From the IMG/VR virus record IMGVR_UViG_3300014050_000018, positions 1-64,000 of that record: a stretch of DNA of 64,000 nucleotides; one strand, given 5' to 3'. The notes beneath the pieces were generated by a model, which ran no database searches, had not been told where the DNA came from, and worked only from the letters and a program-made list of their open reading frames with translations. Every line of letters starts with the position of its first letter. Position 1 is the first letter of the stretch. The DNA comes from an uncultured virus (IMG/VR IMGVR_UViG_3300014050_000018) (lineage: Duplodnaviria > Heunggongvirae > Uroviricota > Caudoviricetes). The position numbers were made by a program, and so were the translations under genes. Positions 8,546 to 18,288 of this stretch are shown in pieces.

Positions 8546-9825
8546 TTAGCGGTGGCGATGATTCCCCAACCCGTTCCCATACCTTCTACCATCCACCGCT
8601 TATTGAAGTTTGCGAAGGAGTAGCGCTGACTAGCGCCATTGGTGGAGCCGTAGTAGCCTCCGTTGATAAGATCGAGTTCGCCGTACGGGTCATGAACGAT
8701 ATACTCGCCGGTGGTCTTATCGTAGCCGATAATGCACACCCAGTGCCCGCCACCCTTCGGAGCGGATACGTGGCCGTGGTGGAGGATGGCTGCTGGAACC
8801 GGGATGTTCTGGTCGATCTGGGACTCGATGTCTGCCTGGAAGAGGTTCTGGCGATGGGCGGCGGTTACTTTGAGATCGCGTAGGGCCCTAACTTGGGCGC
8901 TAGGATCGGTGGTGTCACCGTACTTGAAGACGTAATTCTTCATGTAGTAGTCGTCTTCCTGCTCCGCAACCTGGATAGCACTGGGGTTCAGGTAGTCGGC
9001 CATCATAGCGCAGGAGCTGGAGAAGCACATGCGGTGGGCGTGAGTGGTGGCACTATCGCGCTGCGGAAAGTACTTCACCGTGAGGATGCGGGAGCCAGTG
9101 GACGATTGGTTCGGTCTAGCGGCTCCGGTGCGCGCGACTTGCCAGTGGGGGTTGTAGATGTACCACACGCCAGCTCCGTAATCGAGCGTGATCTTGGAGT
9201 GAGAACCCTCGTCGACAATATCGATGACGTTGTAACCCTTGCCTTTCTGCACCTCCTTTCTCTGGTTGTAGGAGAGCTGGTAGGATTGGATCGGCTCCTT
9301 TTTCAGTAGAGTGTCCTGCAGAGCGATGATCTGTGTCTTAACCATTTTGTCTTTGATAGAACCTTTGGACCATAGCGCGCCTTCCGCGATACGGCGTCTC
9401 TTCAACCCCACCTCGACACTCGAGCCCGGATTGCGGTAGAGGAGCAGGGCCTCGGGCACTAGATCCCACTCCTTATTACGTAGCCTGCGGCTGATAGTCT
9501 CGAAGCCGTCGGATCCGTAGAAGTTGGCGCCCAGGTTGTAGGCGAAGCTGAGAAGCGCGCCGATCTGCTCGTCGGACATGGAGCCGAAGTGCGGGATCTT
9601 CGCCAGGGCGGGCAGATACGCGGTTAGGAGTTGATGCTCCAGGAGATCGTCGGCCTCGTCTTGGGTGATTTCCTCTCCGAGAGTGAAGGGAGACCCGTCC
9701 TTCTTGCGAGTAGATCCCCACCCCACCGTGTAGGGTTTGCCGCCAGAGAGCGGATCCGGATAAGCTTTGAGGTGGCAACCCTCGAACCTCTTGATGAGGT
9801 CAATGCCAGATTTAGGTAGTTTCAT
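8542..9825 (-). CDS. modular endolysin: GH24 lysozyme plus C39-like cysteine peptidase
   Basis: IKRFEG..AYPD..TVGWG, SFAYNLG, GLKRRRIAE; C-terminal CFSSSCAM, GGHW, HDPYG. Confidence 0.9.
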   Translation of the reverse strand: MKLPKSGIDLIKRFEGCHLKAYPDPLSGGKPYTVGWGSTRKKDGSPFTLGEEITQDEADDLLEHQLLTAYLPALAKIPHFGSMSDEQIGALLSFAYNLGANFYGSDGFETISRRLRNKEWDLVPEALLLYRNPGSSVEVGLKRRRIAEGALWSKGSIKDKMVKTQIIALQDTLLKKEPIQSYQLSYNQRKEVQKGKGYNVIDIVDEGSHSKITLDYGAGVWYIYNPHWQVARTGAARPNQSSTGSRILTVKYFPQRDSATTHAHRMCFSSSCAMMADYLNPSAIQVAEQEDDYYMKNYVFKYGDTTDPSAQVRALRDLKVTAAHRQNLFQADIESQIDQNIPVPAAILHHGHVSAPKGGGHWVCIIGYDKTTGEYIVHDPYGELDLINGGYYGSTNGASQRYSFANFNKRWMVEGMGTGWGIIATAK

Positions 9826-10202
9826 TCTTCTTCGTCTCCGTCGCCAAAGCCCGGAGGATAGTTTTCAGCCTCAAAGCGAACGCCGAGGATCTGGTCGGAA
9901 CTGTCGATCTCCTCAACCTCGGGGTGGTTGGGTGAGGATTTCATGAGCTCCTTGATCTTTTCTGGGATTGCGTCCTTGCTAGGAGCTTGGACTGCTTGAA
10001 GGCCGGGAATCGAGAATCCGGAGCGCATCGATGTAACCGACTCGAACTTCTCTAAAAGGACTTTCTTCTGCTCGATATCGAGCTCTCTCTCGGTGGATTC
10101 CAGATTCCACTTAGTCAGGAGGTGGCCTAGACCCACAACCCAGGAGAGGAGTCCTAGGCCCCAGGTCGAGAACAGGAAGATGTGCAAGAGGACCGTGGTC
10201 AT
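9822..10202 (-). CDS. membrane protein, possible holin
   Basis: N-terminal hydrophobic stretch, ATGA-coupled to endolysin; start reassigned to ATG 10202 downstream of GTTTAAAG (10241-10248). Confidence 0.55.
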   Translation of the reverse strand: MTTVLLHIFLFSTWGLGLLSWVVGLGHLLTKWNLESTERELDIEQKKVLLEKFESVTSMRSGFSIPGLQAVQAPSKDAIPEKIKELMKSSPNHPEVEEIDSSDQILGVRFEAENYPPGFGDGDEEE

Positions 10203-10286
10203 ATGGACTCCCGCTTTCGCGATAAGTATTACTATACCTACTTTAAACCACGAGGCCGGATCTGTCAACCCCCGCCAGGGGGCGGA

Positions 10287-10805
10287 TTATACCGACTTAG
10301 CTCCTCTGCATCTCCACTTCTTACGGGACAGGCACATGGGAGTGTTGCGGTCGGGACCGGAGCAGTCCATACCTTCAGACTTCATGTCCCCGAGCGACCT
10401 CGCGCAGTAGGAGTCGCCGCGCTTGGTGCCAGGAGCGATCTTGTAACCCTTGGCTCCGTAGCGAACCTTGCGGGTGTTGCCTGTTTTCGGGTCCTTGTAG
10501 GTGTGGGTGTACTTCTTACCGTCGTCGGCGTATTTGATATCGCCTTGGGTGACGGGGTCGCCGGTGGCTAGGGTGCGCCAGTACTCGTACTCGTTGTCGG
10601 ACATGTCGGCGTTGTCGTCGGGGTTCATTTCCGCGTCGAGCATCTCCGACTTGTCCTGATCACCACGGCGATGCTCCTCACGATTGGAGCGCCAACCTTC
10701 GGGGATTCGTGGTTCGGCCATTGAGGCCGCCTTGGTAATTTTTAGTCCTTCAATGTTGGACATTCTACGCCCAAAGGAGGATTGTTCTTCTGATCTTCTA
10801 TTCAT
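10287..10805 (-). CDS. IPEGW-motif protein with C-terminal basic Cys module
   Basis: MAEPRIPEGW; GDSYCARS...CLSRKKWRC. Confidence 0.75.
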   Translation of the reverse strand: MNRRSEEQSSFGRRMSNIEGLKITKAASMAEPRIPEGWRSNREEHRRGDQDKSEMLDAEMNPDDNADMSDNEYEYWRTLATGDPVTQGDIKYADDGKKYTHTYKDPKTGNTRKVRYGAKGYKIAPGTKRGDSYCARSLGDMKSEGMDCSGPDRNTPMCLSRKKWRCRGAKSV

Positions 10806-10817
10806 AATCCTATTTTA

Positions 10818-11807
10818 TCAGAGTTGTTGTAATCTTATCACGGTATGTTTACCGGCGTTTCTACTAAATCCCTCTTTTTTACCTATGACTTTGAACTTCG
10901 CTCCTGGAGGGAGCATGTGCTCCTTTTCATTTTCAAAGCGACTAATAGGCGAAATGTTTCGCATCTGATCGCTTTCAACCTCGAAGACAATGTTTTGGTC
11001 GGAGTCTCTGTCGCCCTTGAGAAACCGATCGATCACTGGCGCGCCTCCGCTGGTAAAACTCGAAAAACCTGGATCTTCGATTACGTCCCCTTCACCGAGA
11101 GAGTTAAGTTGGCGGATAAAGTCACTAGCTTTCCTACCCGTACCACTTTCTTCCCACACAGATCCACTCACGGCTCTATGAAAGGTTCCTGCGGGGGCTT
11201 TTGGAAGGGCCTCTATAGCGCTTTTAAGATCCTCAGTGGCCTTTCTTATCTGGGCCTCGGAGGGTTTTGGTTTATTGCCAAATCGTTGGTCTGGTGAAAA
11301 TTCAATCTTACCCGTTCTAAGGAGGGAGTTCATGTTTAAGTCCCACTCCGAGGTATAAGCGTTAAGACCGGAAAGTTGCTCATCGGATAGTGCGGCATAC
11401 GGAGCAAATCTGCGCTTCCTGTTCTCTTCGTCTGTTTTGGCCTGCTCTGGATCTGGATATATGGACTTTTTAGTTCCATTGGCAATTTTCTCTCTTGCCC
11501 AAGCGGAAAACCCACCGTATTGCTCCGCCTCTTCTGGCGAGAGCTCAATTTTTTTCTGAGAGTTGGTATTGGGCTGACGCGTTTGCGCGGAATGCCCGCC
11601 CTTCTGAGAGACTTCTTCAGGTGAGAGTTTTCTTGGAGGAGCCGGTTTTTGTCTTTGTAATTTCCAAGTACGACCAGATTTTACAACCGGCCTGCCATCA
11701 ACGTCGAACCAAGTCGTTGCCTCGGCTGGTTTACCTGGTTTAAGCTTTACTGAAAACTCTGTGGACTTAACCCCCCAGCCCTCTGGAACGTTAATCTTTG
11801 TAGACAC
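10818..11807 (-). CDS. ADP-ribosyltransferase (VIP2/Alt-like, R-S-ExE) with N-terminal VPEGW
   Basis: AYT...MNSLLR, FHRAV, GFSSFTS, ENEKEHMLPPG. Confidence 0.88.
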   Translation of the reverse strand: MSTKINVPEGWGVKSTEFSVKLKPGKPAEATTWFDVDGRPVVKSGRTWKLQRQKPAPPRKLSPEEVSQKGGHSAQTRQPNTNSQKKIELSPEEAEQYGGFSAWAREKIANGTKKSIYPDPEQAKTDEENRKRRFAPYAALSDEQLSGLNAYTSEWDLNMNSLLRTGKIEFSPDQRFGNKPKPSEAQIRKATEDLKSAIEALPKAPAGTFHRAVSGSVWEESGTGRKASDFIRQLNSLGEGDVIEDPGFSSFTSGGAPVIDRFLKGDRDSDQNIVFEVESDQMRNISPISRFENEKEHMLPPGAKFKVIGKKEGFSRNAGKHTVIRLQQL

Positions 11808-11813
11808 GATCGC

Positions 11814-12026
11814 TCACGCTCCAGCCGTCGGGCACGGTGATCCCTGATCCCCGCGAAGATGGGATTGCTTAGTGATCTCGGGTCCTACAGTTTCACCGTA
11901 GGATCTACTAACCGACCAACCTTCTGGGATTTTGGGTTCTGACATGTTGGTGGGATTCTTCTCTCTATTCACCGGAGAGAAGGAAAAATCGTTCATACGA
12001 TCCGGTAAATTAGATTGTGTAGTCAT
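11814..12026 (-). CDS. small IPEGW-motif protein
   Basis: MSEPKIPEGWSV..HLRGDQ, similar to N-terminal part of 10287-10805. Confidence 0.7.
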   Translation of the reverse strand: MTTQSNLPDRMNDFSFSPVNREKNPTNMSEPKIPEGWSVSRSYGETVGPEITKQSHLRGDQGSPCPTAGA

Positions 12027-12913
12027 TAGATCTCCTCAAAAACGTAGTGTGGAATATCACTATCAAGCTTTCTGCTATAGGTTTTATCAACCTTTGCAAG
12101 TTTGTACTTTGATCCAGGAAGAGCTATGTGCTCTCCCTCATCGTACTCCATGATCGGAGAAACATTTCGTGCCGTCTTCGAATTGATAGTGATTACGGCG
12201 TTAGGCATGTCTTTTTTAATAAACATTTGTATGGACTTTTCCTGATCCGAGTAAGATCCAAAACCCTTATCTTCGTAAACATCGCCGGGTTTAAGATTCG
12301 CAAGCTGTGATACTACGTCCCCAGATAACGCCCTGTGAAGTGCTCCTTCTTTAGGCGGTAATTGTTCAAGGCCCTTCCTAAGATTGGTGTTAATGAACTT
12401 ATTCATCTCCACGTCCTCCGGAGATAGTCCCTCCGTGCTTCCAGTGCGAAGTTGCTTATTTAAAATCGCGTAGAATTGAACTCCGTCTTGGCCATATAGT
12501 GATATGGCGGACTTTTGCTCGTCAGAAAGCGCTATGTACGGCTTCATCCTTTCTATGTTCTCTTTATATTTATCAGAGTTTGTATCGAGCTCGTCATCAA
12601 AAGGACCTTTACCTAGTTTCTTATTGATTCTATTATTAGTGCTTCTAGTTGCGTTATTTATTCTTTCGACTTGTTTTTCACTTAATTTTGGACCGCTATT
12701 CTGCTCGGGTTGCTGTTTCTGAGCCTCGGACTTTACGCCACTATTGCCGGGGGATTGTTGACTATTAGTCCTCGCAAGTTTCCATCCCCTTCCAGAACGC
12801 ACTACGGGCCTTCCCTGTATATCCTGCCATTGAGTGGCTCCTGGAGGTTTTCCAGGTTTTAACTTAACGGCAAAACTCTCTATATTCCAGCCTTCAGGAA
12901 TCGATATAGACAC
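12026..12913 (-). CDS. ADP-ribosyltransferase (VIP2/Alt-like, R-S-ExE) with N-terminal IPEGW
   Basis: [28 protein letters not shown]; paralog of 10818-11807. Confidence 0.88.
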   Translation of the reverse strand: MSISIPEGWNIESFAVKLKPGKPPGATQWQDIQGRPVVRSGRGWKLARTNSQQSPGNSGVKSEAQKQQPEQNSGPKLSEKQVERINNATRSTNNRINKKLGKGPFDDELDTNSDKYKENIERMKPYIALSDEQKSAISLYGQDGVQFYAILNKQLRTGSTEGLSPEDVEMNKFINTNLRKGLEQLPPKEGALHRALSGDVVSQLANLKPGDVYEDKGFGSYSDQEKSIQMFIKKDMPNAVITINSKTARNVSPIMEYDEGEHIALPGSKYKLAKVDKTYSRKLDSDIPHYVFEEI

Positions 12914-13523
12914 GGTCGCTTACGCTCCAACCGTCGGGTACAGAGATCTCGGAGTAGGATTCCTCGGAGTTGTCGGAGGACTTAGGAACGCAGTTAGGAA
13001 CGGGCTTTCCACCCTTACCCTTCTTCATTCCAACCATCTCGTAGTCTTTCCAGCAGGGATCGGAATCCTCAGCGCTATCTGCTGTCTCATCTTTGCCCAT
13101 GGCGCTTTTGATCGCTTTATCGCGGGCCATCATGTAATCATCGGAATCGATGTCTCCGTCCTTGTCGTGGTCCTTCTTCTCGCCCATGTCCTGTGCCATT
13201 TCGTCTTCTCCTGGGTGTGATAAGTGCTGGGTTACTGCGCTGAGGTAATCTTGAGCTTTGGTGATCTTGGCCTGGACCCACTCAGGAAGGTCGGTCATCT
13301 CGGAGACCATCTCGTCGATCTTCTTGGCCATCTCCACGATCGAGCGGATGTCCCCTTGAGCCATCTGGCCCTCCTCGGGCTCGGCGTTATCCGAGGAGTC
13401 CTTAGACTTCCCGGCTTTGTCAAGCGCGATGGCGATAGCCTGCTTTTGAGGCTTACCGGACTCCATCTCGGTCTTGATGTTCTCGGAGATGGTCTCCTGA
13501 CTCGATCCTTCTTTGAGTGGCAT
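12894..13523 (-). CDS. modular acidic protein with C-terminal VPDGW, putative internal head protein
   Basis: modules [53 protein letters not shown]. Confidence 0.75.
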   Translation of the reverse strand: MPLKEGSSQETISENIKTEMESGKPQKQAIAIALDKAGKSKDSSDNAEPEEGQMAQGDIRSIVEMAKKIDEMVSEMTDLPEWVQAKITKAQDYLSAVTQHLSHPGEDEMAQDMGEKKDHDKDGDIDSDDYMMARDKAIKSAMGKDETADSAEDSDPCWKDYEMVGMKKGKGGKPVPNCVPKSSDNSEESYSEISVPDGWSVSDRVYIDS

Positions 13524-13532
13524 GGGAGTAAA

Positions 13533-13847
13533 TTACTGTACGGGGCGGCCGGATACCGTCCTCCAGCCCTCGGGGACCATAAGTCCACCCTGCTCGCAGT
13601 TATCGGAGGTGCTATCCTCGGTCTTGGGAGCGGGCTTTTTGGACTGGGTCTGCTTATTACCCTTGAGCGTCTCGTCGCTGGGTTTGCGCTTGCCCGCCTT
13701 TGCGTAAGCAATCGCAGCGGCCTGGGCCGGAGTGTACTCCTTACGAGCCGGATCTTTGTACGGCGGATCGTAACCCGCGTCGCCATCGAGCAGGGACTTA
13801 ATATTCTCCTGGATGACTTTGTCGGAAGATCCTTCGCGTAAGGGCAT
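13533..13847 (-). CDS. small protein with C-terminal VPEGW, paralog of N-terminus of 12894-13523
   Basis: MPLREGSS..I.ENIK..QAAAIAYAKAGK; GTTTAAAG at 13867-13874. Confidence 0.75.
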   Translation of the reverse strand: MPLREGSSDKVIQENIKSLLDGDAGYDPPYKDPARKEYTPAQAAAIAYAKAGKRKPSDETLKGNKQTQSKKPAPKTEDSTSDNCEQGGLMVPEGWRTVSGRPVQ

Positions 13848-13893
13848 AAACAGTACCTTTATTAGACTTTAAACTTCGCGGAAGCGTTTGTCG

Positions 13894-13992
13894 CTAGAGT
13901 TGGGGGTGGGAGTAGGCGTGAGTCAGCGCCCACGAGATCCCAGTTATCACCATGGTGAGGATAGACACCGCCGAGATGATCGCGTTGGTCAT
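13894..13992 (-). CDS. tiny membrane peptide (32 aa)
   Basis: MTNAIISAVSILTMVITGISWAL..., ATGA-coupled. Confidence 0.45.
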   Translation of the reverse strand: MTNAIISAVSILTMVITGISWALTHAYSHPQL

Positions 13993-14099
13993 TCTTTCAT
14001 CTCCGTATGCGCGAGGAGTAGGATGCGATAGATGATGTAGGCCGTGCCGGACAACCCGAGGCCCAGAATGATTATAACCCCCCACGGCAAAGCGTCCAT
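13989..14099 (-). CDS. tiny membrane peptide (36 aa, not in ORF track)
   Basis: read manually: MDALPWGVIIILGLGLSGTAYIIYRILLAHTEMKE*. Confidence 0.5.
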   Translation of the reverse strand: MDALPWGVIIILGLGLSGTAYIIYRILLLAHTEMKE

Positions 14100-14293
14100 C
14101 AAGATCTAGACTCCTGTTCGTGAATCCATGTTTTTAGCCCAGAGACGTACTCTCTGAGCAGGATCGCCTGCTTCATGTGCCACACATCCCCCGTCTTAAA
14201 GTACAGGTTGATGTGATTGTCTATGGCCTTGAGTATGTTGTGTATTGGAGCGTTCCAACACTCTCGGACTGGAGTGTTCCACTCGCGAGGCAC
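14099..14293 (-). CDS. hypothetical protein
   Basis: 64 aa ORF MPREWNTP..WNAPIHNILKAIDNH. Confidence 0.65.
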   Translation of the reverse strand: MPREWNTPVRECWNAPIHNILKAIDNHINLYFKTGDVWHMKQAILLREYVSGLKTWIHEQESRS

Positions 14294-14294
14294 G

Positions 14295-14468
14295 TTACTC
14301 CTCCTTGACGGACCAACCGTCCGGCACTGCGATCTTCAGCTCTTTCTCCTCGCACTGGAGTACGGGTGATTCCTCCTTCAACTCTATGTTCTTATCTTTG
14401 CCTTTGGGTCTCTTCTTGATGCCGACCATGCCTTCACCACCGGCACGTACCTGATCCATGTTCATCAT
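14295..14468 (-). CDS. 57-aa protein with C-terminal VPDGW (not in ORF track)
   Basis: read manually: MMNMDQVRAGGEGMVGIKKRPKGKDKNIELKEESPVLQCEEKELKIAVPDGWSVKEE*. Confidence 0.7.
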   Translation of the reverse strand: MMNMDQVRAGGEGMVGIKKRPKGKDKNIELKEESPVLQCEEKELKIAVPDGWSVKEE

Positions 14469-14472
14469 AACG

Positions 14473-14904
14473 TTAAATACCTAGCATCTCGTCGAGGATC
14501 TTGTCCTCGATAATCTTTCCACTATTGATCTCCGCGAGAGCATCGCGTTTCTCCTCAGCGTGGCAGACCTTGGTGATCTCCTGGAGCAGGCTGAGCACGT
14601 TCGCTCTCTCCCACTCGGGAATCTCGCCGAGTGCGCTCAGCTCCTGGAACTTCTGCAGGATCTCGACGAGGATGATGTGCGACAGTTCACGTATCATGAT
14701 CCAGTTATCCCTCACCTCCTCGGTTTCCACCTCCTCCTGGAGTTGGTTGGAGGATTTGACGAGTGAGATGAGGGTCTTGCCGACGTGGGCGATGGATTTG
14801 GGACCGATCTTCTCCAGATCGATGTTCTGGAGCTGGTCGATTATCATCTGCTGAGCATCAGCGCCGAAGTCAGCGAAGTTCTTGTGGACTTTTGTACGTG
14901 CCAT
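14473..14904 (-). CDS. hypothetical helical protein
   Basis: 143 aa ORF following baseplate gene. Confidence 0.7.
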   Translation of the reverse strand: MARTKVHKNFADFGADAQQMIIDQLQNIDLEKIGPKSIAHVGKTLISLVKSSNQLQEEVETEEVRDNWIMIRELSHIILVEILQKFQELSALGEIPEWERANVLSLLQEITKVCHAEEKRDALAEINSGKIIEDKILDEMLGI

Positions 14905-14910
14905 GGAGGC

Positions 14911-15438
14911 TTATAGCGCGAAGGAGTATTTTACCATAGCGGGCTCGCTTCCCTCCACGGAGTAGAAGACCGCGATCTGAGCATCCCCGGACTCGGAGAG
15001 CGATACCTTCACGTCTAGTTCGGTGACGACTGGGAGGAAGCCGAGGAGCTGGGATCGAAGCGACTGGGCGAGTGTGTACTCGTCGATAGTCTCGAAGAGA
15101 AGCTCGGGGATGCCAAAGAATGGTCTGTAGACTCTTTCACCTATTCTTGTGTCAAGTATCTCGCGGATCTGCTGGCCGATTCTGTCGTAGTTGGCTGAGA
15201 GTTTAAGCCCTCCATTGCCATCGAGCTCGAGAGGGTACTTGAGCCCCTGCATCGTGGTCTGGGTGACGGAGGTGGGTAAGGACGTCTCGTCGAATAGGAC
15301 CTGGGGGTTTCTGCGCTCCGTCTGCGCCAGCTCGTAGCGGTCGGCGTTGGTTATGTCGCGGAGGGCGAACTGGTTCTTGATCTTTGCCAGCTCTGCGGAG
15401 TCGATTCGAGCGGTGATCTGGGGGAATTGCTGTGGCAT
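14911..15438 (-). CDS. baseplate wedge protein (gp25/GPW-like)
   Basis: QIREILDTRIGERVYRPFFG..LLFE motif. Confidence 0.85.
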   Translation of the reverse strand: MPQQFPQITARIDSAELAKIKNQFALRDITNADRYELAQTERRNPQVLFDETSLPTSVTQTTMQGLKYPLELDGNGGLKLSANYDRIGQQIREILDTRIGERVYRPFFGIPELLFETIDEYTLAQSLRSQLLGFLPVVTELDVKVSLSESGDAQIAVFYSVEGSEPAMVKYSFAL

Positions 15439-15439
15439 A

Positions 15440-18286
15440 TCAGGCTACTGCTCCTCTTGTTACTGTGCTATGAGTGACTTCGTTCCAGGCGTCCTGGATG
15501 ATGGCGAGGACTGGGCCACGAAGAGACTCTACGTCCCCGGCGCCTATATTGCCATTGACGTTGATGGCGATGTTAAAAGTAGCATTTGCGGACTGAGACG
15601 AGTTTTGCCCTGCTGATGCTAAAAGGTTGTTGAGAGTAGCGTTGTTGGTTATGGTCCCGCTTCCCGTAGCGGTCCACAGCTCTGGCCCGCGCTCTCCAAC
15701 CAGATAAGTAGCTCCACGTTGAGTTACCCCTCCAATGGCTTGCGGTTTATTTCCTTGCCCAACAAAGTTTGTTATATTTTTCCAAGTATCTTGTAAAACC
15801 TGGCCCAAGTTAAAGTTGGAAACAGAGTTTAGCATGGACTCCCCCAGTCCCTTACCAAAATCAAGAAGTCTTTTGGGAATGTCTGTTGTTAGAACTGTTA
15901 GACCCTTAGTAAGTAAGGAGGGAATACTATTAAAGAATTTAGAAATCTCATTCCACGCTTTTCCTATCAACGAAATAGCGTCTTCGGCAAATTTCCCTAA
16001 AGCCTCAGTGATAGGCCTCATAAAGGGCGTAGACGCTAACGCCCTTCCGGCCATATCGCCCAGCATACCTCCTATCACAGTACCCACCGGGCCTGCAATA
16101 GCAGTGCCTACTGCTCCTCCAACAGCCCCTCCTGCTAAGCCTAGAAGTTCTGTGCCAGCTTGCTGTCTCTGAGATGTCTGCACTTGTTCCTTTTCGTTGG
16201 GACTTAATCCCTCACTCGCGTTAGCACGAAAAGCTGAGGCTAACGTAACTGCTGCTACCACGCCACCCAGAGCCCCTCCTACTCTTACTTTCCTACCGAG
16301 TCCTCTGATCCCCCGGCCTAAAACCGCTCTCGTGCCGCCCGAGCCGTACATGCGGTTAAATCTCGCTGCAACATTCTGGCGACTTCTATCTAGAGATCCA
16401 GGGAATGCAACATCGCCGCCAGTATCAAATAGGAACTGACCTGCTCTAGAGGCAAGACCCGGACGATTTCTACGAGCACTGGTGTAAGGATCCAGCGCCT
16501 CATCCATTGGGAACCCGCCAGCGCCCAGAGGAGGAACCGAAGAAACCCCTCTTCTTGGCCCAGCGTATCCTAACTCCTGCACCCTTCTTCTTCCAGCAGC
16601 TCTTCTGTCAGGGCCATCTACATCTATATCAGGGCCTCCACCTCCGAGTAATCCTCGGCATACACAATCTCGTATTTGGGTGACTAGGGCTATCATTCTA
16701 GCCTGGAAGCCTCTCTCGCCACCTTCCAATAACTGGTCTCCAGTTCTTCTTGCCCACGAACCGAATGGACTACCCAGCCTTCTGTTTATGGCCCCCCTGA
16801 TTCCTCCCTCTCCCGTCCGAGCTTCTCTCAGCTGGCCAAGTAACCCGGCTCCTCCGGCAGCAAGACGACCCGCTCCTAGACCCAACCTAAGGGCAATTGC
16901 TGTGCCAATCGCCTGGCCAATTATTCCTCCCTCCGTAAACAACGAACCGAAGAGCTTAGCGATAGTGCCAGGGAGAACCTTTACCAGCTCCAGGGCAATG
17001 CTTCCCGCCTTCTCGAGCAACGCCCCGCCAACTTCCCCAAAGAACGAGATAATCGTCTTTCCTAACTCGCTGAGTATCGTGGAGGTAACGGACGCTCCAC
17101 CCTCTGCCTCCTTAGAGATGTCCTTGCCTCTAATCGCGTCGCCGATCTGCTTGAAGAGCCCTCTGACCGCTTCGCCAATGGCGCGTATCTGCACGTTGAT
17201 CGGTTCGGGCTGGAAGGATCCGGACTGAGTCTGATCGTAGATGGCGGTGAAGAAGTTCTTGATGTTGGAGAAGACTCCCTGAACGAGTTTCACAACGTTC
17301 TGGAAGGCCGGGTCCTGGATGAACTCGTTGAGTTTATTGAACTGGCGGGTGATAAACCTAACGCCGATAATGATTACCTTGAGCGGATCCTCGATCCCGA
17401 AGATCTTGCCAATCTGCTTAAAGAAATTGACGAAAAGCCCCTGCTGGCCAAATACGGAGTTTATCAGCTTCTCCGTCTCATCGAAGATGGTAGTCTTGTC
17501 CCTAACGGACATTGTCACCTGGCGCAGAGAGCCGAAAACTCCCTTCTCAGGATTGAAGAGTCTGGTATTTAAGTCCTCGATAATTCCCCTAAACCCGTAG
17601 GCCCTCCTAGCCATATCGGTGAGCTGCTTGTTGAAGGCCGGGTCCTGTATTATGTTTAGGAGAGCTTCGGATCTCTGCTGAGCATTAGTCATCAGATCCA
17701 CTTGGCCCGTGGATCTGGCGAGCTGAGTGCCTAGGAATGACTGAGCAGCGTCACCGGAGTTTATCATCTGTCCGGCGGAGAGCTGCCCCATCAGGAACTG
17801 GCGGGCGATTCCGCTAAAGTCCTCGCCTAGTCCAGCTCGGCGGAAGTCCCTCTGGAACGATAGGACACCCTGGCCCAGGGCCTTACGCATATCCTCGGAG
17901 AGGTTCGTAGAGATGAACGGAGTAGCCGCGAGTGCTTTCTGTATATCCTGAGCGGTCCCTCCGGCCTTCACCGCGACCTCGTTGAACGCCGAGGAGAATT
18001 GGGTTGCGATGTCCATGGACGCCGCTGACGCGAATCCTTTGAATGTCTGTGTAAGTAGCGCGGCTTGGTTCTGAGCGGCACGAAGGCTTTGCCCGGCTTG
18101 CAAGCCCTGTTCCCCTATCGCTTTCTGAAACTCGCGGTTGATCTGCCCGAGCGCGTTGCGAACAACATCGAGCTTGAGCCCGCTGACAAGGAATTTGTTA
18201 TCGAGCTGGGATGAGAACCGCTTGAACTCGTTGAGAGCGCGGTCGGTGTTTGCCCGGATATCAAGAACGACGGAAGTTACTGCCAT
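15440..18286 (-). CDS. tail tape measure protein
   Basis: long A/G-rich helical ORF with GGAVGGAVG repeats, YLVGERGPEL; start probably MAVTSVVLDIRANT (18286). Confidence 0.8.
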   Translation of the reverse strand: MAVTSVVLDIRANTDRALNEFKRFSSQLDNKFLVSGLKLDVVRNALGQINREFQKAIGEQGLQAGQSLRAAQNQAALLTQTFKGFASAASMDIATQFSSAFNEVAVKAGGTAQDIQKALAATPFISTNLSEDMRKALGQGVLSFQRDFRRAGLGEDFSGIARQFLMGQLSAGQMINSGDAAQSFLGTQLARSTGQVDLMTNAQQRSEALLNIIQDPAFNKQLTDMARRAYGFRGIIEDLNTRLFNPEKGVFGSLRQVTMSVRDKTTIFDETEKLINSVFGQQGLFVNFFKQIGKIFGIEDPLKVIIIGVRFITRQFNKLNEFIQDPAFQNVVKLVQGVFSNIKNFFTAIYDQTQSGSFQPEPINVQIRAIGEAVRGLFKQIGDAIRGKDISKEAEGGASVTSTILSELGKTIISFFGEVGGALLEKAGSIALELVKVLPGTIAKLFGSLFTEGGIIGQAIGTAIALRLGLGAGRLAAGGAGLLGQLREARTGEGGIRGAINRRLGSPFGSWARRTGDQLLEGGERGFQARMIALVTQIRDCVCRGLLGGGGPDIDVDGPDRRAAGRRRVQELGYAGPRRGVSSVPPLGAGGFPMDEALDPYTSARRNRPGLASRAGQFLFDTGGDVAFPGSLDRSRQNVAARFNRMYGSGGTRAVLGRGIRGLGRKVRVGGALGGVVAAVTLASAFRANASEGLSPNEKEQVQTSQRQQAGTELLGLAGGAVGGAVGTAIAGPVGTVIGGMLGDMAGRALASTPFMRPITEALGKFAEDAISLIGKAWNEISKFFNSIPSLLTKGLTVLTTDIPKRLLDFGKGLGESMLNSVSNFNLGQVLQDTWKNITNFVGQGNKPQAIGGVTQRGATYLVGERGPELWTATGSGTITNNATLNNLLASAGQNSSQSANATFNIAINVNGNIGAGDVESLRGPVLAIIQDAWNEVTHSTVTRGAVA

Positions 18287-18288
18287 TA

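Noticed and set aside
14473..14904. Terminase small subunit
   Set aside because: Size and helicity fit, but there is no diagnostic motif and it is far from terL.
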